32,000 bases of DNA from the NCBI RefSeq assembly GCF_008065095.1, contig NZ_CP042911.1:5760001-5792000 (forward strand). The letters are read 5' to 3'. This document shows, one piece after another, positions 7,566 through 17,600 of this stretch. The first letter of the stretch is position 1. Each line of letters starts with the position of its first letter. Origin of the DNA: Gemmata obscuriglobus. GTDB taxonomy: Bacteria > Planctomycetota > Planctomycetia > Gemmatales > Gemmataceae. The position numbers and the translations under genes were made by a program. Under the pieces are notes generated by a model. The model was not told the DNA's origin, did not search any database, and saw only the letters and a program-made list of their open reading frames with translations.

Positions 7566-10409
7566 ATGTCGCGGTTCGCGCTCGGTTTGCCACCCCTTCT
7601 TGCTTTATCGCTCCTGGTTCCCATCGCACCAACCCGCGGCGAACCCGCGGCGAACCCGCCCGAACAGCCAGTGGCGGCACGCGCCGCGGACGCCACGTCC
7701 GACGCCGAACTCGTGAAGACCGCGCAAGGGATGTTCGCCGACCTCAAACTGGTCACCCTTGAGAACGGGTTGCGCGTTTACCTGCTCCCGGTGAAGGGGG
7801 CGCCGGTCGTGACGACGATGGTGGCGTACCGAGTCGGCGCCGCGGACGAGGAGAAGGACCAGACCGGGCTGTCGCACTACCTCGAACACCTGCTGTTCAA
7901 GGGTACCGCAAAACTGGTCCCGGGCGACATCGACCGCGCCACCCAGCGCAGCGGCGGGCGCAACAACGCTTACACGTCCGAGGATATGACGGTCTACCAC
8001 TTCGATTTCGCCGCCGACCGGTGGGAGATCGCGCTGGAGATCGAAGCCGACCGGATGCGCAACACGCTCATCGACGCCAAACACGAGTTCGAGCAGGAGA
8101 AAGGCGCGGTCGTCTCGGAACTGGAGGGCGGCGAGGACAATCCATGGGACCTGGAATACAAGGCGATCCTGCCGCTCCTGTGGCCCAAGGAGTCGCCGTA
8201 CTCCCACCCCGTCATCGGGCAGCGCGAGCACGTGCGCGGGGCCACCGCGGAGGTCATCAAGCGGCACTACGACAAGTGGTATCATCCGAACAACGCGTCA
8301 CTGATCGTTGCCGGCGGGTTCGACCCCGACGCGGCCCTGGAGAAGATCAAGAAGCTGTTCGGGCCGATCGCCAAGACCGAACTGCCGCCCCGCAAGAAGG
8401 CGACCTTCTACCCCGAGCGTAAGGAACCGGTTCGTAAGGAATTCGAGTCGAAGTTCGACGTGCCGCGCATGATGGTCGGGTTCAACACGGTTCAGGTCGG
8501 CACACCCGAAGACCCGGTTCTGGATGTGGTGCAGGAGATCCTTGCGGGCGGGAAGACCTCGCGGCTGTACCGGAAAATGGTGGAGGACGAGCGGATCGCG
8601 TCCGAGGTAAGCGCGGGCAACTACGCCGGCCGCTACCCCGGCTGGTTCGCGGTCAACGTTGAGTTGCTTCAGGGGAAGGACCGCAAGAAGGCCGAAGAAC
8701 TCGCGTTCGCGGAACTCGACAAGCTCGCGGCTGAGCCGGTGAGCGATGCAGAGCTGAACCGCGCCCGGCGCAAGATCCTGGCGTCGTTCATCTTCGCACG
8801 CGAGAGCGTCCACAGCCTGTGTGATGCGGTCGCACGGACCAGCACCTACCCCGGCGGTGAGGACGTGGCAAAGTTCTTCAAGAACTACCTCGACCGCGTT
8901 GCGAAGGTCACGAAGGAGGACATTCAGAAGGTCGCGAAGCAGTACCTCGTGCGCAACACGTCGGCGATCGTCTGGAGTGTGCCGGCGGCCCCGCCTCAGA
9001 AAGGCGGCATGCAGAACCCGGAATTCGGAACAAAGACCGAACAGGCGCGAGCCCTTCCGCGGGCGCCTTCGCACGTCGCGTTTCGCGCGTCGCACGCCGC
9101 ACCGAAGTCGGCAGAGGCCGGTACGAGCGGGTTCTCGCTGAACGCCGCCAAGAAGGTCGTTCTTCCGAACGGCCTCACCGTCGTTCTGCTCGAAGATCAC
9201 CGACTACCGGTCGTTGTTGCGGCGGCGGAAGTTGCGAACGTGCGGCTGCGCGAACCGCTGGAGAAGCTCGGGGTCGCCACGCTGATGGGTAACCTGCTCG
9301 AAGAGGGCACCGCGAAGCACACCGGCAAGGAGATTTCGGCCCTCATTGAGGGCACCGGTGGGAGCCTCTCGCTTTCGTCGAGCGGCGGTACCTTGAAGGT
9401 ACTCACTCCGGATACCGACCTGGGGTTGGGGTTACTGTTCGAGTGTCTCCAAGCGCCGACCTTCCCGGAGGACGCGCTCGAGCGGATGCGCGAGCAGCAA
9501 CTTTCCTCAATCGCCGACGCCGAAACCCAGCCGCGCACGCGGGCGGGTCGGCTTTTCAACGCTACGGTTTACGGAAACCACCCCAGCGGCCGGCCGGCTC
9601 TCGGGAAGAAGGAAATCGTCGAGAAGCTCACCGCCGCCGATGTGAAGGCGTTCCACAAGCTCGCGTTCGCACCCAACTTCGCGACCGTGGCCGTTGTCGG
9701 GGACTTCAAGACGGATGAGATGGTCAAGAAGCTCGAGGCGCTCACGAGTTCTTGGAAGAAGTCGGAACTGAGTCAGCCGGAGGTGGCGCCCCCGCCGGAG
9801 CCGAAAAGTGGCGAACAGATCGTGTCCGACAAGAACGCGTCACAGGTTCACGTCTACATCGGGCGGCTCGGGATCACCCGCGACCACCCCGACTATTACA
9901 AGTTGCTCGTGATGGACAACGTGCTCGGCACCGGGCCGGGGTTCACCGACCGGCTGTCGTCGAACCTGCGCGACCGGCTCGGCCTGGCCTACACCGTCAA
10001 CGCGACCATCACGACCACGGCCGGGAAGCAGCCGGGCACGTTCACCGGGTTCGTGGGGACGTTCCCGAACAAGTTTCTGGACGTGAAGTTCGGGTTCTTC
10101 AAGGAGGTGAACAAGCTCCGCGACGAGGTCCCGACCAATCAAGAGGTCGAAGACGCGAAGAAGTACCTGCTTGGCAGCCTGCCCTTCAAGTTCACAACGC
10201 TGTCGGGCGTCGCGGGCGAACTGCTCGCCGCGGAACGGTACGGCCTGGGCTTCGACTACCTGGAGAAGTACCGCAAGGAGGTGGCGGCGGTCACCCCGGC
10301 TGACGTGCAGGCGATGGCGAAAAAGCACCTCGACCCGAAAACGCTGGTGCTGGTGGCCGTTGGCGCGATCGATAAAGACGGTAAGCCGCTGGAGAAAGAG
10401 AAGAAGTAA
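7566..10409 (+). CDS. Secreted fused double M16 (pitrilysin/insulinase-family) zinc peptidase (947 aa)
   Basis: ATG at 7566 is preceded by aggaagga. It has a signal peptide (MSRFALGLPPLLALSLLVPIAP) and the HxxEH zinc motif HYLEHLLFKGT in the first half. The second M16-like half lacks the motif, which is the typical active+inactive arrangement. Confidence 0.9.
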   Translation: MSRFALGLPPLLALSLLVPIAPTRGEPAANPPEQPVAARAADATSDAELVKTAQGMFADLKLVTLENGLRVYLLPVKGAPVVTTMVAYRVGAADEEKDQTGLSHYLEHLLFKGTAKLVPGDIDRATQRSGGRNNAYTSEDMTVYHFDFAADRWEIALEIEADRMRNTLIDAKHEFEQEKGAVVSELEGGEDNPWDLEYKAILPLLWPKESPYSHPVIGQREHVRGATAEVIKRHYDKWYHPNNASLIVAGGFDPDAALEKIKKLFGPIAKTELPPRKKATFYPERKEPVRKEFESKFDVPRMMVGFNTVQVGTPEDPVLDVVQEILAGGKTSRLYRKMVEDERIASEVSAGNYAGRYPGWFAVNVELLQGKDRKKAEELAFAELDKLAAEPVSDAELNRARRKILASFIFARESVHSLCDAVARTSTYPGGEDVAKFFKNYLDRVAKVTKEDIQKVAKQYLVRNTSAIVWSVPAAPPQKGGMQNPEFGTKTEQARALPRAPSHVAFRASHAAPKSAEAGTSGFSLNAAKKVVLPNGLTVVLLEDHRLPVVVAAAEVANVRLREPLEKLGVATLMGNLLEEGTAKHTGKEISALIEGTGGSLSLSSSGGTLKVLTPDTDLGLGLLFECLQAPTFPEDALERMREQQLSSIADAETQPRTRAGRLFNATVYGNHPSGRPALGKKEIVEKLTAADVKAFHKLAFAPNFATVAVVGDFKTDEMVKKLEALTSSWKKSELSQPEVAPPPEPKSGEQIVSDKNASQVHVYIGRLGITRDHPDYYKLLVMDNVLGTGPGFTDRLSSNLRDRLGLAYTVNATITTTAGKQPGTFTGFVGTFPNKFLDVKFGFFKEVNKLRDEVPTNQEVEDAKKYLLGSLPFKFTTLSGVAGELLAAERYGLGFDYLEKYRKEVAAVTPADVQAMAKKHLDPKTLVLVAVGAIDKDGKPLEKEKK

Positions 10410-10411
10410 AC

Positions 10412-10435
10412 GCGAGGGCCCCATCGGCCCCTCGC
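10412..10435 (+). terminator. Short GC hairpin immediately after the M16 peptidase stop
   Basis: gcgaggg (10412-10418) pairs with ccctcgc (10429-10435), with 2 further inner pairs. There is no T-tract. Confidence 0.4.
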
Positions 10436-10443
10436 ACCATTGC

Positions 10444-10511
10444 CACAAACGGTTCTCCTCCGGTGATGCGGGGCGCCGGCCCCGTGCTCCCCCGGAGGAG
10501 AACCGTTTGTG
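10444..10511. repeat. Long perfect inverted repeat (20-bp stem, 28-nt loop)
   Basis: cacaaacggttctcctccgg (10444-10463) is the exact reverse complement of ccggaggagaaccgtttgtg (10492-10511). The loop holds a smaller ggggc/gcccc palindrome. It sits 54 nt upstream of the 10565 ATG. Confidence 0.8.
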
Positions 10512-10564
10512 TTCCGTTCGCGTACAATGTTTAACGACTCGAAGTTTCCGCGGAGCCGCGACAC

Positions 10565-12130
10565 ATGAGTTCGGGAGCCACCCCACCCCCCGCGTCCGGC
10601 GGGCTGAAGTCGGCGCTAAAGGTCGCCGTGCCGCTCGTAGCGCTCATGGCGGTGATCTTCGGCGCGACCCTGTTCTCGATGTACACCACGAAACCGCAAG
10701 AAGAGACGAAGAGCGGCGGAGATGGCGCCACGGCGAGCAACTCCGAGCCGCCTCTACGTTTCTTCAACAGCGAGCGCACGTGGGACCCGCCGTCGTCCGA
10801 GTTGAAGTACCGGCACCTCCCGAACTTGGCCCCGTCGGCGATCAAAGGGGACGATTATTCCCTTCAAGACCGGGTGTTCGCGGGGTTCTATGAGCCGAGT
10901 TCGGAGACCCTGCGCCGGGCCGCGTTCTGGTTCGAGAACCGCAACCCGAACCCGGTTCTCTTACAGTTGAAGGGGATCAGTTGCACGGCGTGCAGCGGCG
11001 GCCGGCTGGCCGCAATCCCGCCCGAAGTGACGAAAACGTACCTCCAGCGCACCGCTCTGGCGTCACTGCCGATCGGCACGTTCAACGCGTTCGGGGTCGG
11101 GTTGCTCGAACCGGCAGTAGAGTTCGACAAGCTGGAATGGACGACGCACAAGTATCGCGACGACCCGAACGCGACGTACAAGGTGCCCGCGGCGCCGGCG
11201 AACCCGGACAAGTGGACCGCGCAGTGGGGGATTCTCGAACTCACGTTCACGGTATCGAAGGACCCGAAAGTGCCGCTTTCGGCCCAGTTCGCGACCAAAG
11301 TCGAGGGTACCAACCAGGTCGGCGCGCACCTGTTCGGGATCATGTTCGCCGCGTCCGAGGCTTGTGCGGTCTCCCGCCCGACAATCGATGTCGGGGAGAT
11401 TAACCAACTCACCGGCGACCGCGAGTACACATTTGTACTGTACTCGGCGACACGCGGCCCCAAGTCCGAGTTCGACGACCTCCTGCCGCCGGTGTGTACC
11501 GTACAAGCCACCCCAGGCACCGACGCCGGACCGTTCGTCGCTGTGACGAAGGTGGTCCGCGTTCCGGACGCGGATCTGTTCGAGGTGGTGCAGGAGACCG
11601 CGAAGGCGGGACAGTTGACGAAAGTGAAGGCCGCCTACCGGGTGACCGTGGCGGTGCGTCCGCAGGTCGACGGGGCTCGCATCCCGCTCGGCGCGCTCGA
11701 CCGCACCATTTACATCAGCTCGGGCAGCGCGACCGCGGCCGTGAAAGTGAACGCGATGGTGAAGGGCGCGGTGTGGCTCGCGAACGGGAAAACCGAGATC
11801 GAGGTGCCGACCTTCAAGGGCCGGATGGGCACGGTCCACGTACCGGAACTGGTCACCGAGTCCACCGGGTTGGAACTGACCGTGGTCGAAGACGAGAGCA
11901 GGCCGCGGGCGTTCAAGTACCAACTGACGCCGAAGGCCGATCGCGGCGGGCAGGGGTACTACGACCTGAGAATCACGATCCCACCGTCGGCACAGTTCGG
12001 CGCGTTTCGGGACGCGGTGGTGGTACTCGAAGCGAGGCCCAAAAAGCCCGCCGGTGCCTCACCTGACGCGACCGCCCCGCAGGGGCAGCGGATTCGTATT
12101 CCGGTTCGCGGCTTTGGGGAACAGGGCTGA
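10565..12130 (+). CDS. Membrane-anchored DUF1573-like protein (521 aa)
   Basis: Track ORF with an N-terminal TM helix (VAVPLVALMAVIFGATLF). The segment AAFWFENRNPNPVLLQLKGISCTACSGG matches my recollection of the DUF1573 pattern (F-x-F-x-N-x-G..PL.I..v..SCGC). The rest reads as beta-rich repeats. Confidence 0.65.
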   Translation: MSSGATPPPASGGLKSALKVAVPLVALMAVIFGATLFSMYTTKPQEETKSGGDGATASNSEPPLRFFNSERTWDPPSSELKYRHLPNLAPSAIKGDDYSLQDRVFAGFYEPSSETLRRAAFWFENRNPNPVLLQLKGISCTACSGGRLAAIPPEVTKTYLQRTALASLPIGTFNAFGVGLLEPAVEFDKLEWTTHKYRDDPNATYKVPAAPANPDKWTAQWGILELTFTVSKDPKVPLSAQFATKVEGTNQVGAHLFGIMFAASEACAVSRPTIDVGEINQLTGDREYTFVLYSATRGPKSEFDDLLPPVCTVQATPGTDAGPFVAVTKVVRVPDADLFEVVQETAKAGQLTKVKAAYRVTVAVRPQVDGARIPLGALDRTIYISSGSATAAVKVNAMVKGAVWLANGKTEIEVPTFKGRMGTVHVPELVTESTGLELTVVEDESRPRAFKYQLTPKADRGGQGYYDLRITIPPSAQFGAFRDAVVVLEARPKKPAGASPDATAPQGQRIRIPVRGFGEQG

Positions 12131-12303
12131 TTTTGACGATTGCGGCGTGTTCGAGCAGCGTTTCTGCTTGCCCAGATCGTGCGACCCGACCGCCGGCGTG
12201 CCCTCCGAGGCGCGTCGGCTAAGCGCCCCCTCCTCTCGCCACCCGCTCTTTGCCGACATTCGGATGGGAGTGACTCCCGCCCCGTTCAGGAGGACGACCC
12301 GCG

Positions 12304-14139
12304 ATGTCCGATCCGATCCCGCGTCCGAACGCCCGCGCGACCGCGTCGCGCCTGTTCGCGCTCCTCGGCTTCGGTGCCGTGCTCGCCGCACTGGCCTCCG
12401 GAACGGCGGCCGATCCGCCGCGAGCGGTGCCGAAAGAAACGCTTGTTGACGGGAAGCCGCTGTTCGCGGACTGGCCCAAGGACCAGAAGCCGGACGCGAC
12501 CCTGGTGCTGACTGGACAGACGTTCGGGTACCTCCAGCCGTGCGGGTGCAGCCGCCCGCAGACCGGGGGATTGGAGCGCCGCGCGTACTTCATCGACCAA
12601 CTCAAGAAAAAGGGCTGGCCGGTCGCCGGGGTGGACCTTGGCGACCTGTACCCGGAAAAGGTGGCGGTTGGTGAGCAGGGCAAGCTCAAGTACCTCGCCG
12701 CCATGAACGCGCTGCGCGAGATGGGGTACATCGCGGTCGGGGTGGGCGAGACGGAACTCAAAGGTGGGCTAGACGGATTGCTCGGCAAATACATCGTGCA
12801 AAAAGAACAGCCCCCGTTCACGCTTGCAGGTAACATTGTCGGGCCGGGGGTGGACGCGGCCGGAAAGCCGGTTCTGTACCCGCGTGAGCAGCGGTTCCCG
12901 CCGGGAGCAGGTAAGCGTCCGATTGTCGAGTTGACCGAGGTGGCTGATGTTGGCGGCGTCCCGGTCGGGGTAGCGGGAGTCGTCGGTAGCCCGCTGGCGG
13001 TTCTGGCCCGAGAAAAGAAGTTCGACACCTCGATCGACTTTGCTAAACCGCAAGACGCACTGGTTGCCGCCCGCGACGCGCTCGCGAAGCACCCCAAAAA
13101 GCCGCGGCTGAATGTCCTGATTTACCAGGGAAGCATGGCCGATGCCCAGAACGTCGCCAAAAACTTCCCCGAGTTCAACGTGATCCTCTGCCAGGCGAGT
13201 GACGCGCTTCCGCCGCTGAAACCTAATTACGTGAACACGACTGCCGGCACGACCGCCATCGTCGAAGTCGGACACAAGGGACAGCACGTCGGCGTCGTGG
13301 GCGCGTTCAAGAAGCCGGGCGGCGGGTTCGAACTGAGGTACCAACTCGTCCCCATGGGCGAGGAGTTCAACCAGCCCGGCACGGACGCGGAGGCGCTCCA
13401 GAAGAATAAGGCGATTCAGTCGCTCCAGTGGTACGCGGAGCGCGTCAAGAAGGACATCGTACTCGGCAAGGATTACCCACGAACCCTGCACGCGGCGCAG
13501 ATCCACGCGGCCGAACTGAAGCCGAAGGGGGTGTCTCTCCGGTACGTGGGATCCGAGGCGTGCAAAGCTTGCCACCAAGCCGAGTACAAGAAATGGGCGG
13601 ATGTGGCCCCGGATGAGAAGTCGCTGGCCCACAGCCACGCGATGAAGTCACTGGAGAAATACGCCCATCGCCCGAACCTGCGCCAGTTCGATGGCGAGTG
13701 CGTGAAGTGTCACACGGTCGGGTTCAACCATAGCACCGGGTACGAGGACGAAAAGAAGACGCCACAACTTAAGAACGTGGGGTGCGAGAACTGTCATGGA
13801 CCGGGCAGCGGACACGTTGCCGACCCCAAGAACAAACAACTAACCGAACTTCTTTCTCAGTGGAAGCAGGGTCTTACACCGGCACCAGGACAGAACGCGA
13901 TTCGGCTGCCTGACAAGGCGTTCATGGAGAAAATGGCTAAACTCGGGCCGGAGGAGCGCGGAAAGATGGCTCAGGCGCCGGCGACGCAACTGTTGATCAA
14001 CCGCGTAAGTGCGATGTGTATGGAGTGCCACGACCACGACGCCGATCCGCATTTCGACATCTATAAGAACTGGGCGAAGATCGGCCACAGTGGGCTCGCC
14101 CCCCCGGGCGGTTGGCCGGCAGTGGCGCCCAAGCAGTAA
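12304..14139 (+). CDS. Secreted tetraheme cytochrome c with a large N-terminal non-heme domain (611 aa)
   Basis: ATG is preceded by caggagga, and there is a signal peptide. The C-terminal third has four CxxCH motifs (CKACH, CVKCH, CENCH, CMECH), resembling cytochrome c554. The N-terminal part has LVLTGQTFGYLQPCGC...GGLERRAYFIDQL...VDLGDL, which resembles a degenerate 5'-nucleotidase/metallophosphoesterase layout. Confidence 0.85.
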   Translation: MSDPIPRPNARATASRLFALLGFGAVLAALASGTAADPPRAVPKETLVDGKPLFADWPKDQKPDATLVLTGQTFGYLQPCGCSRPQTGGLERRAYFIDQLKKKGWPVAGVDLGDLYPEKVAVGEQGKLKYLAAMNALREMGYIAVGVGETELKGGLDGLLGKYIVQKEQPPFTLAGNIVGPGVDAAGKPVLYPREQRFPPGAGKRPIVELTEVADVGGVPVGVAGVVGSPLAVLAREKKFDTSIDFAKPQDALVAARDALAKHPKKPRLNVLIYQGSMADAQNVAKNFPEFNVILCQASDALPPLKPNYVNTTAGTTAIVEVGHKGQHVGVVGAFKKPGGGFELRYQLVPMGEEFNQPGTDAEALQKNKAIQSLQWYAERVKKDIVLGKDYPRTLHAAQIHAAELKPKGVSLRYVGSEACKACHQAEYKKWADVAPDEKSLAHSHAMKSLEKYAHRPNLRQFDGECVKCHTVGFNHSTGYEDEKKTPQLKNVGCENCHGPGSGHVADPKNKQLTELLSQWKQGLTPAPGQNAIRLPDKAFMEKMAKLGPEERGKMAQAPATQLLINRVSAMCMECHDHDADPHFDIYKNWAKIGHSGLAPPGGWPAVAPKQ

Positions 14140-14170
14140 GAAATTGACTGCCGGTAGGTGATTTATCGAT

Positions 14171-14208
14171 GTGCCCCCGGAACCGCACAATGTGGTGCCG
14201 AGGGGCAC
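14171..14208 (+). terminator. Imperfect hairpin downstream of the cytochrome gene
   Basis: gtgcccc (14171-14177) pairs with ggggcac (14202-14208), plus inner cgg/ccg pairs. It lies 32 nt after the stop at 14139. Confidence 0.35.
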
Positions 14209-14415
14209 TCGTTGCGTCTGGGTTATTGGCCCTCGTTTTGGCTTCCTGGCCCCGTCATACCTGTTGAGTAGAACGCGGTAGTTGGGTCAGCCGTGTGACG
14301 GGATGTTCGTCGGATTCGGTACCGGCGCATGAGTGCGAGCCGTGTACCCCTCATTCAGGCTCCGATACCGGTGCTCGGTTCCCGCGCGCTGGTGATCCGA
14401 TCAACGACGGCAGCG

Positions 14416-14476
14416 GCGGGACTGCAAGCGGCATAGAGGAGATCTGTGTCTCACTCCGTGTCGCTTGCAGTCCCGC
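14416..14476. repeat. Perfect 15-bp inverted repeat with 31-nt loop in a 500-nt intergenic gap
   Basis: gcgggactgcaagcg (14416-14430) is the exact reverse complement of cgcttgcagtcccgc (14462-14476). Confidence 0.8.
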
Positions 14477-14640
14477 GGTTCGCGGTGTCCGATGTGTTTG
14501 CCCAGGCAATGCGAGCTGGGCGTGTGGCATTTCATTGTTCAGGCAGAACAACTATGCTCCCCGATACCGCGTTAAGCCGAACGCGGTACCGAGAGCCGCG
14601 CTGGGTGGGTGAAACTGCGCGGTTGGAGTGACTTCCTGGG

Positions 14641-17600
14641 TTACTTGTTCGGATTGATCCGACCCCCGAAGCCTTCGACGATGTTGACGGAGCCGGTGCT
14701 GCGGTCGTAGCTGATGATCTTGCCGGTCTTTTCGGTCCCTTGGCCGCCACGGCTCATCACCCGAGCGGGAATGGTTGCACTGCCAATCAGATCAACTGCC
14801 TTGCCGTGCGTTTTGATCGTTTCGGCAGACCCGTCATAGTCGTCCGATTGCACATAGGCGTTGCCTACGGCCTCCATAACTTGTTCCAGCGCGGCATTCT
14901 GCTTCTTGTGGCTCCATACCACCATTTTTTTGGAGCATGTCATCAATACCGCACGATCCGGTGGGTTGTTCATGTTGACAGCGAGCGTCGGAGACTTCGC
15001 CGGGACGCTAACCGCCTTCACGTTGTCGCCGAAGGTGGCTTCTCGATACACCTTGCCCTTTTCCACGGCCGTCATCCGTCCGCTGAACTCGACGATCGTG
15101 AGCTTCATCTCCTGATCGTTCTTAGGGACCGGCTGCATCGGCTGGGGGGCCGCTCCTCCTGCCGGGCCGACCGGATTGGCTTCCCCCTGCTGCCAGATCC
15201 GGACCCTACCAGGCCCCTCGGCGATGATACGCTGGAACGTCTCTTTGCTGCCGGGCTCTTGTGCCTGCGCGAACATCCGGAGTTCCGAGGCACTGAGTTG
15301 CTGAACCTTAATCGGCTTGCCGTCCTTATCGTGCTCGACCTGGTTGAACCGCACCTCGAGGTCACGCTCGACATCGGCCGTGTCGCCGGGTGCCGGGTAA
15401 CAGAACACTTTGTCGAGTTTGGCTTTGCTGGTGTTCCCCTCTCTCGCGGCGGCCTGCTTTTGGGCGGTGTTGAAGTACATCGGGCGATCGAACACGACGT
15501 TCATTGTGTGGCAATTGACCGACGATTCGCCCTGGGTAGCTTGAACCTTGCCTACGAACTGGGCGGACCGCTTCGCGCCGTCGAAGGTCATTTTGTCGCG
15601 CCAGTGGATCACGACCACCTCGGGCTGGCGCAACTCGCCGCCGGCCAGGTCGCTGTTGGTCGGCATCGTGAGTGCCCCGCGGCCGGTCACCGACGCCGAG
15701 TTCCGCACCTGGTTCAGGACCACCTCCGGCCCGAGCAGCGACATCTCTTCTTGGTGCACCTCGCCGAGCCGGTTGGGCCAGCCGTACACGGTCATCACGC
15801 TGCCGTCCGCGGACCCGTCAATGAGCAGCAGCCGGCCGAGGATGTCCACGCCGCGCGACTTGGACGGGTCGGTCGGGTCCTGGTGAACGTTAACGGCCTC
15901 CTCGCACCGGGCGTGGTTGAGTTGATACCGGACGCTCTCGGCGGCCGGCTCCTTCGGCTTTGGTCCCGCAGGCGAAGGAGCGGTGAACCGCGTCAGGTGC
16001 ATTTCGATCGACTTGGCGCTAATCTGGTGCGGCGGCTTCGGTTTCTCGGGCGCTTTTGCCGCCGGCTCGGGCGGCTTGGGCGGGACCGGCGTGGCCAACG
16101 GCGTCGGGCCGGGTTGCGGCGCGGGGGCCGGGTCTTTCGTGGGCGGTGCGACCGCCCGGGTCACCACGACGGGTTTTGCGTCTGTAATGTGAACGGTCAG
16201 TTGGTCCGCGTAGGTGATGTCGTACTCGGCGGAGTGGCTCTTCACGTTCCCCACCGCGAGCACCCGGGACGGTTTCGCGCCGCCGGTCGGGGACGACAGT
16301 TCCGGGGCACCCGCCGCTTTATCGGCGCGCGGCTCCATCCAGACCTTGAGAACATTGCCGGTCAGCCAGTAGTCGGCCTTGCGGTCGTCGAACTTGGCGT
16401 TGTCGGTGAGGACGAACACGTCCTGTTCGCGACCGTCGATCAGATCCCGGCTCTGCAACAGGGACGTTCGCCACGACGCCGAAAAGGTGACGGCGTTGGT
16501 GCCGGGGTCACGCATCTCGATCTTCCCGGCGCCGCGGACCGTCATCTGTTGCTTCCGCACCGCGGGCTGACCCGGGCCGGCCTGGGGCGGCGGCCCCGGC
16601 TCGATGATGAGCGTGGCCGGCTCTTGCGGGGTGCCCGCGCTGAGTTCGCTCCGCCCCTGCACGACGCGGAGCGGGGTGCCGGAGAGCCTCGTGCGCGACT
16701 CGGCCTGCTGGTGGACCAGATCCCGCCCGTAAGCCACGACCGAGTTGTCGTCGGAGGCGAGGGTGATGTAGCCGTTTGGCACCTGGGTCCAGGCGTGGAG
16801 CTGCTTGATGGCTGGGGCGTTCGACGGGCGCGCGGCCCCGGTCGGCCCGCCGTTGAACTCGAGTTCCAGCACCTGACTGTACAAACTGCTGGCGCCGCCG
16901 TGCGCCGGGATCTTGGTCACCTGGACATCGTTCGGCAGGTTCGGGTCCGAGTGCGGGACCACGTCGAACCGGGCCAGCGCCTTTTCGGCGTCATACGAGA
17001 ACGGTCCGCGGGTGTCGATTTGCAGCAGCGCGCGGTTCAGGAGCCGGGCGTTGTACCCGATCGGCCCCAACCCGCCGGTGACGGCCGCGATCGCCGGCGG
17101 CGGGGGCACGAGCGCCAGCCCGCTGTTCTTGGGCGGCGGGGGCTGGCCTGGCGCGGGCGTCCCGCCCACGATCGACTGCCCGTTGTCGACCCAGAGGTTC
17201 ATTACCACCTGTTCAAGGAACTCGACGCGGCGGACGCCGTTCATCGGGCTGGCGCCGGGCTTCGGCGCCGGCTTGGGTTGCCCGGTCGCCTGCTTCTGTT
17301 CGAGGTACACGCGCAGGCCGAGCGCGGTGATGGTCGGGGGCGGGAGCCGCTGCCCGCTCAGAATTGCGGCCACGGCGCCGGAGTGGCGGTTCTCCTCGCT
17401 TCTGGTCGGGACCGCGACCGGGGCGGCCGAGCCGACCGGGCGGGGCAGGTTCTGCCGGTCCACGATCTCCACGGCCGCGTCGGTCCAGAAGTCCGGGCCG
17501 TTTGCGGCGGGGGTGCCCGCGACCGCCTTCGGGTCGCGGTAGAACATCGGCCCGACGGTGCGCAGCACGAGGGCCCGGTTCGGGTCGCTGGAGCGCTGGT

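Noticed and set aside
14295-14612. 105-aa plus-strand ORF in the 500-nt convergent gap.
   Set aside because: It is Cys/Ser/Gly-rich with no G/C third-position bias or motif, and it spans the perfect hairpin, so it is more likely non-coding.
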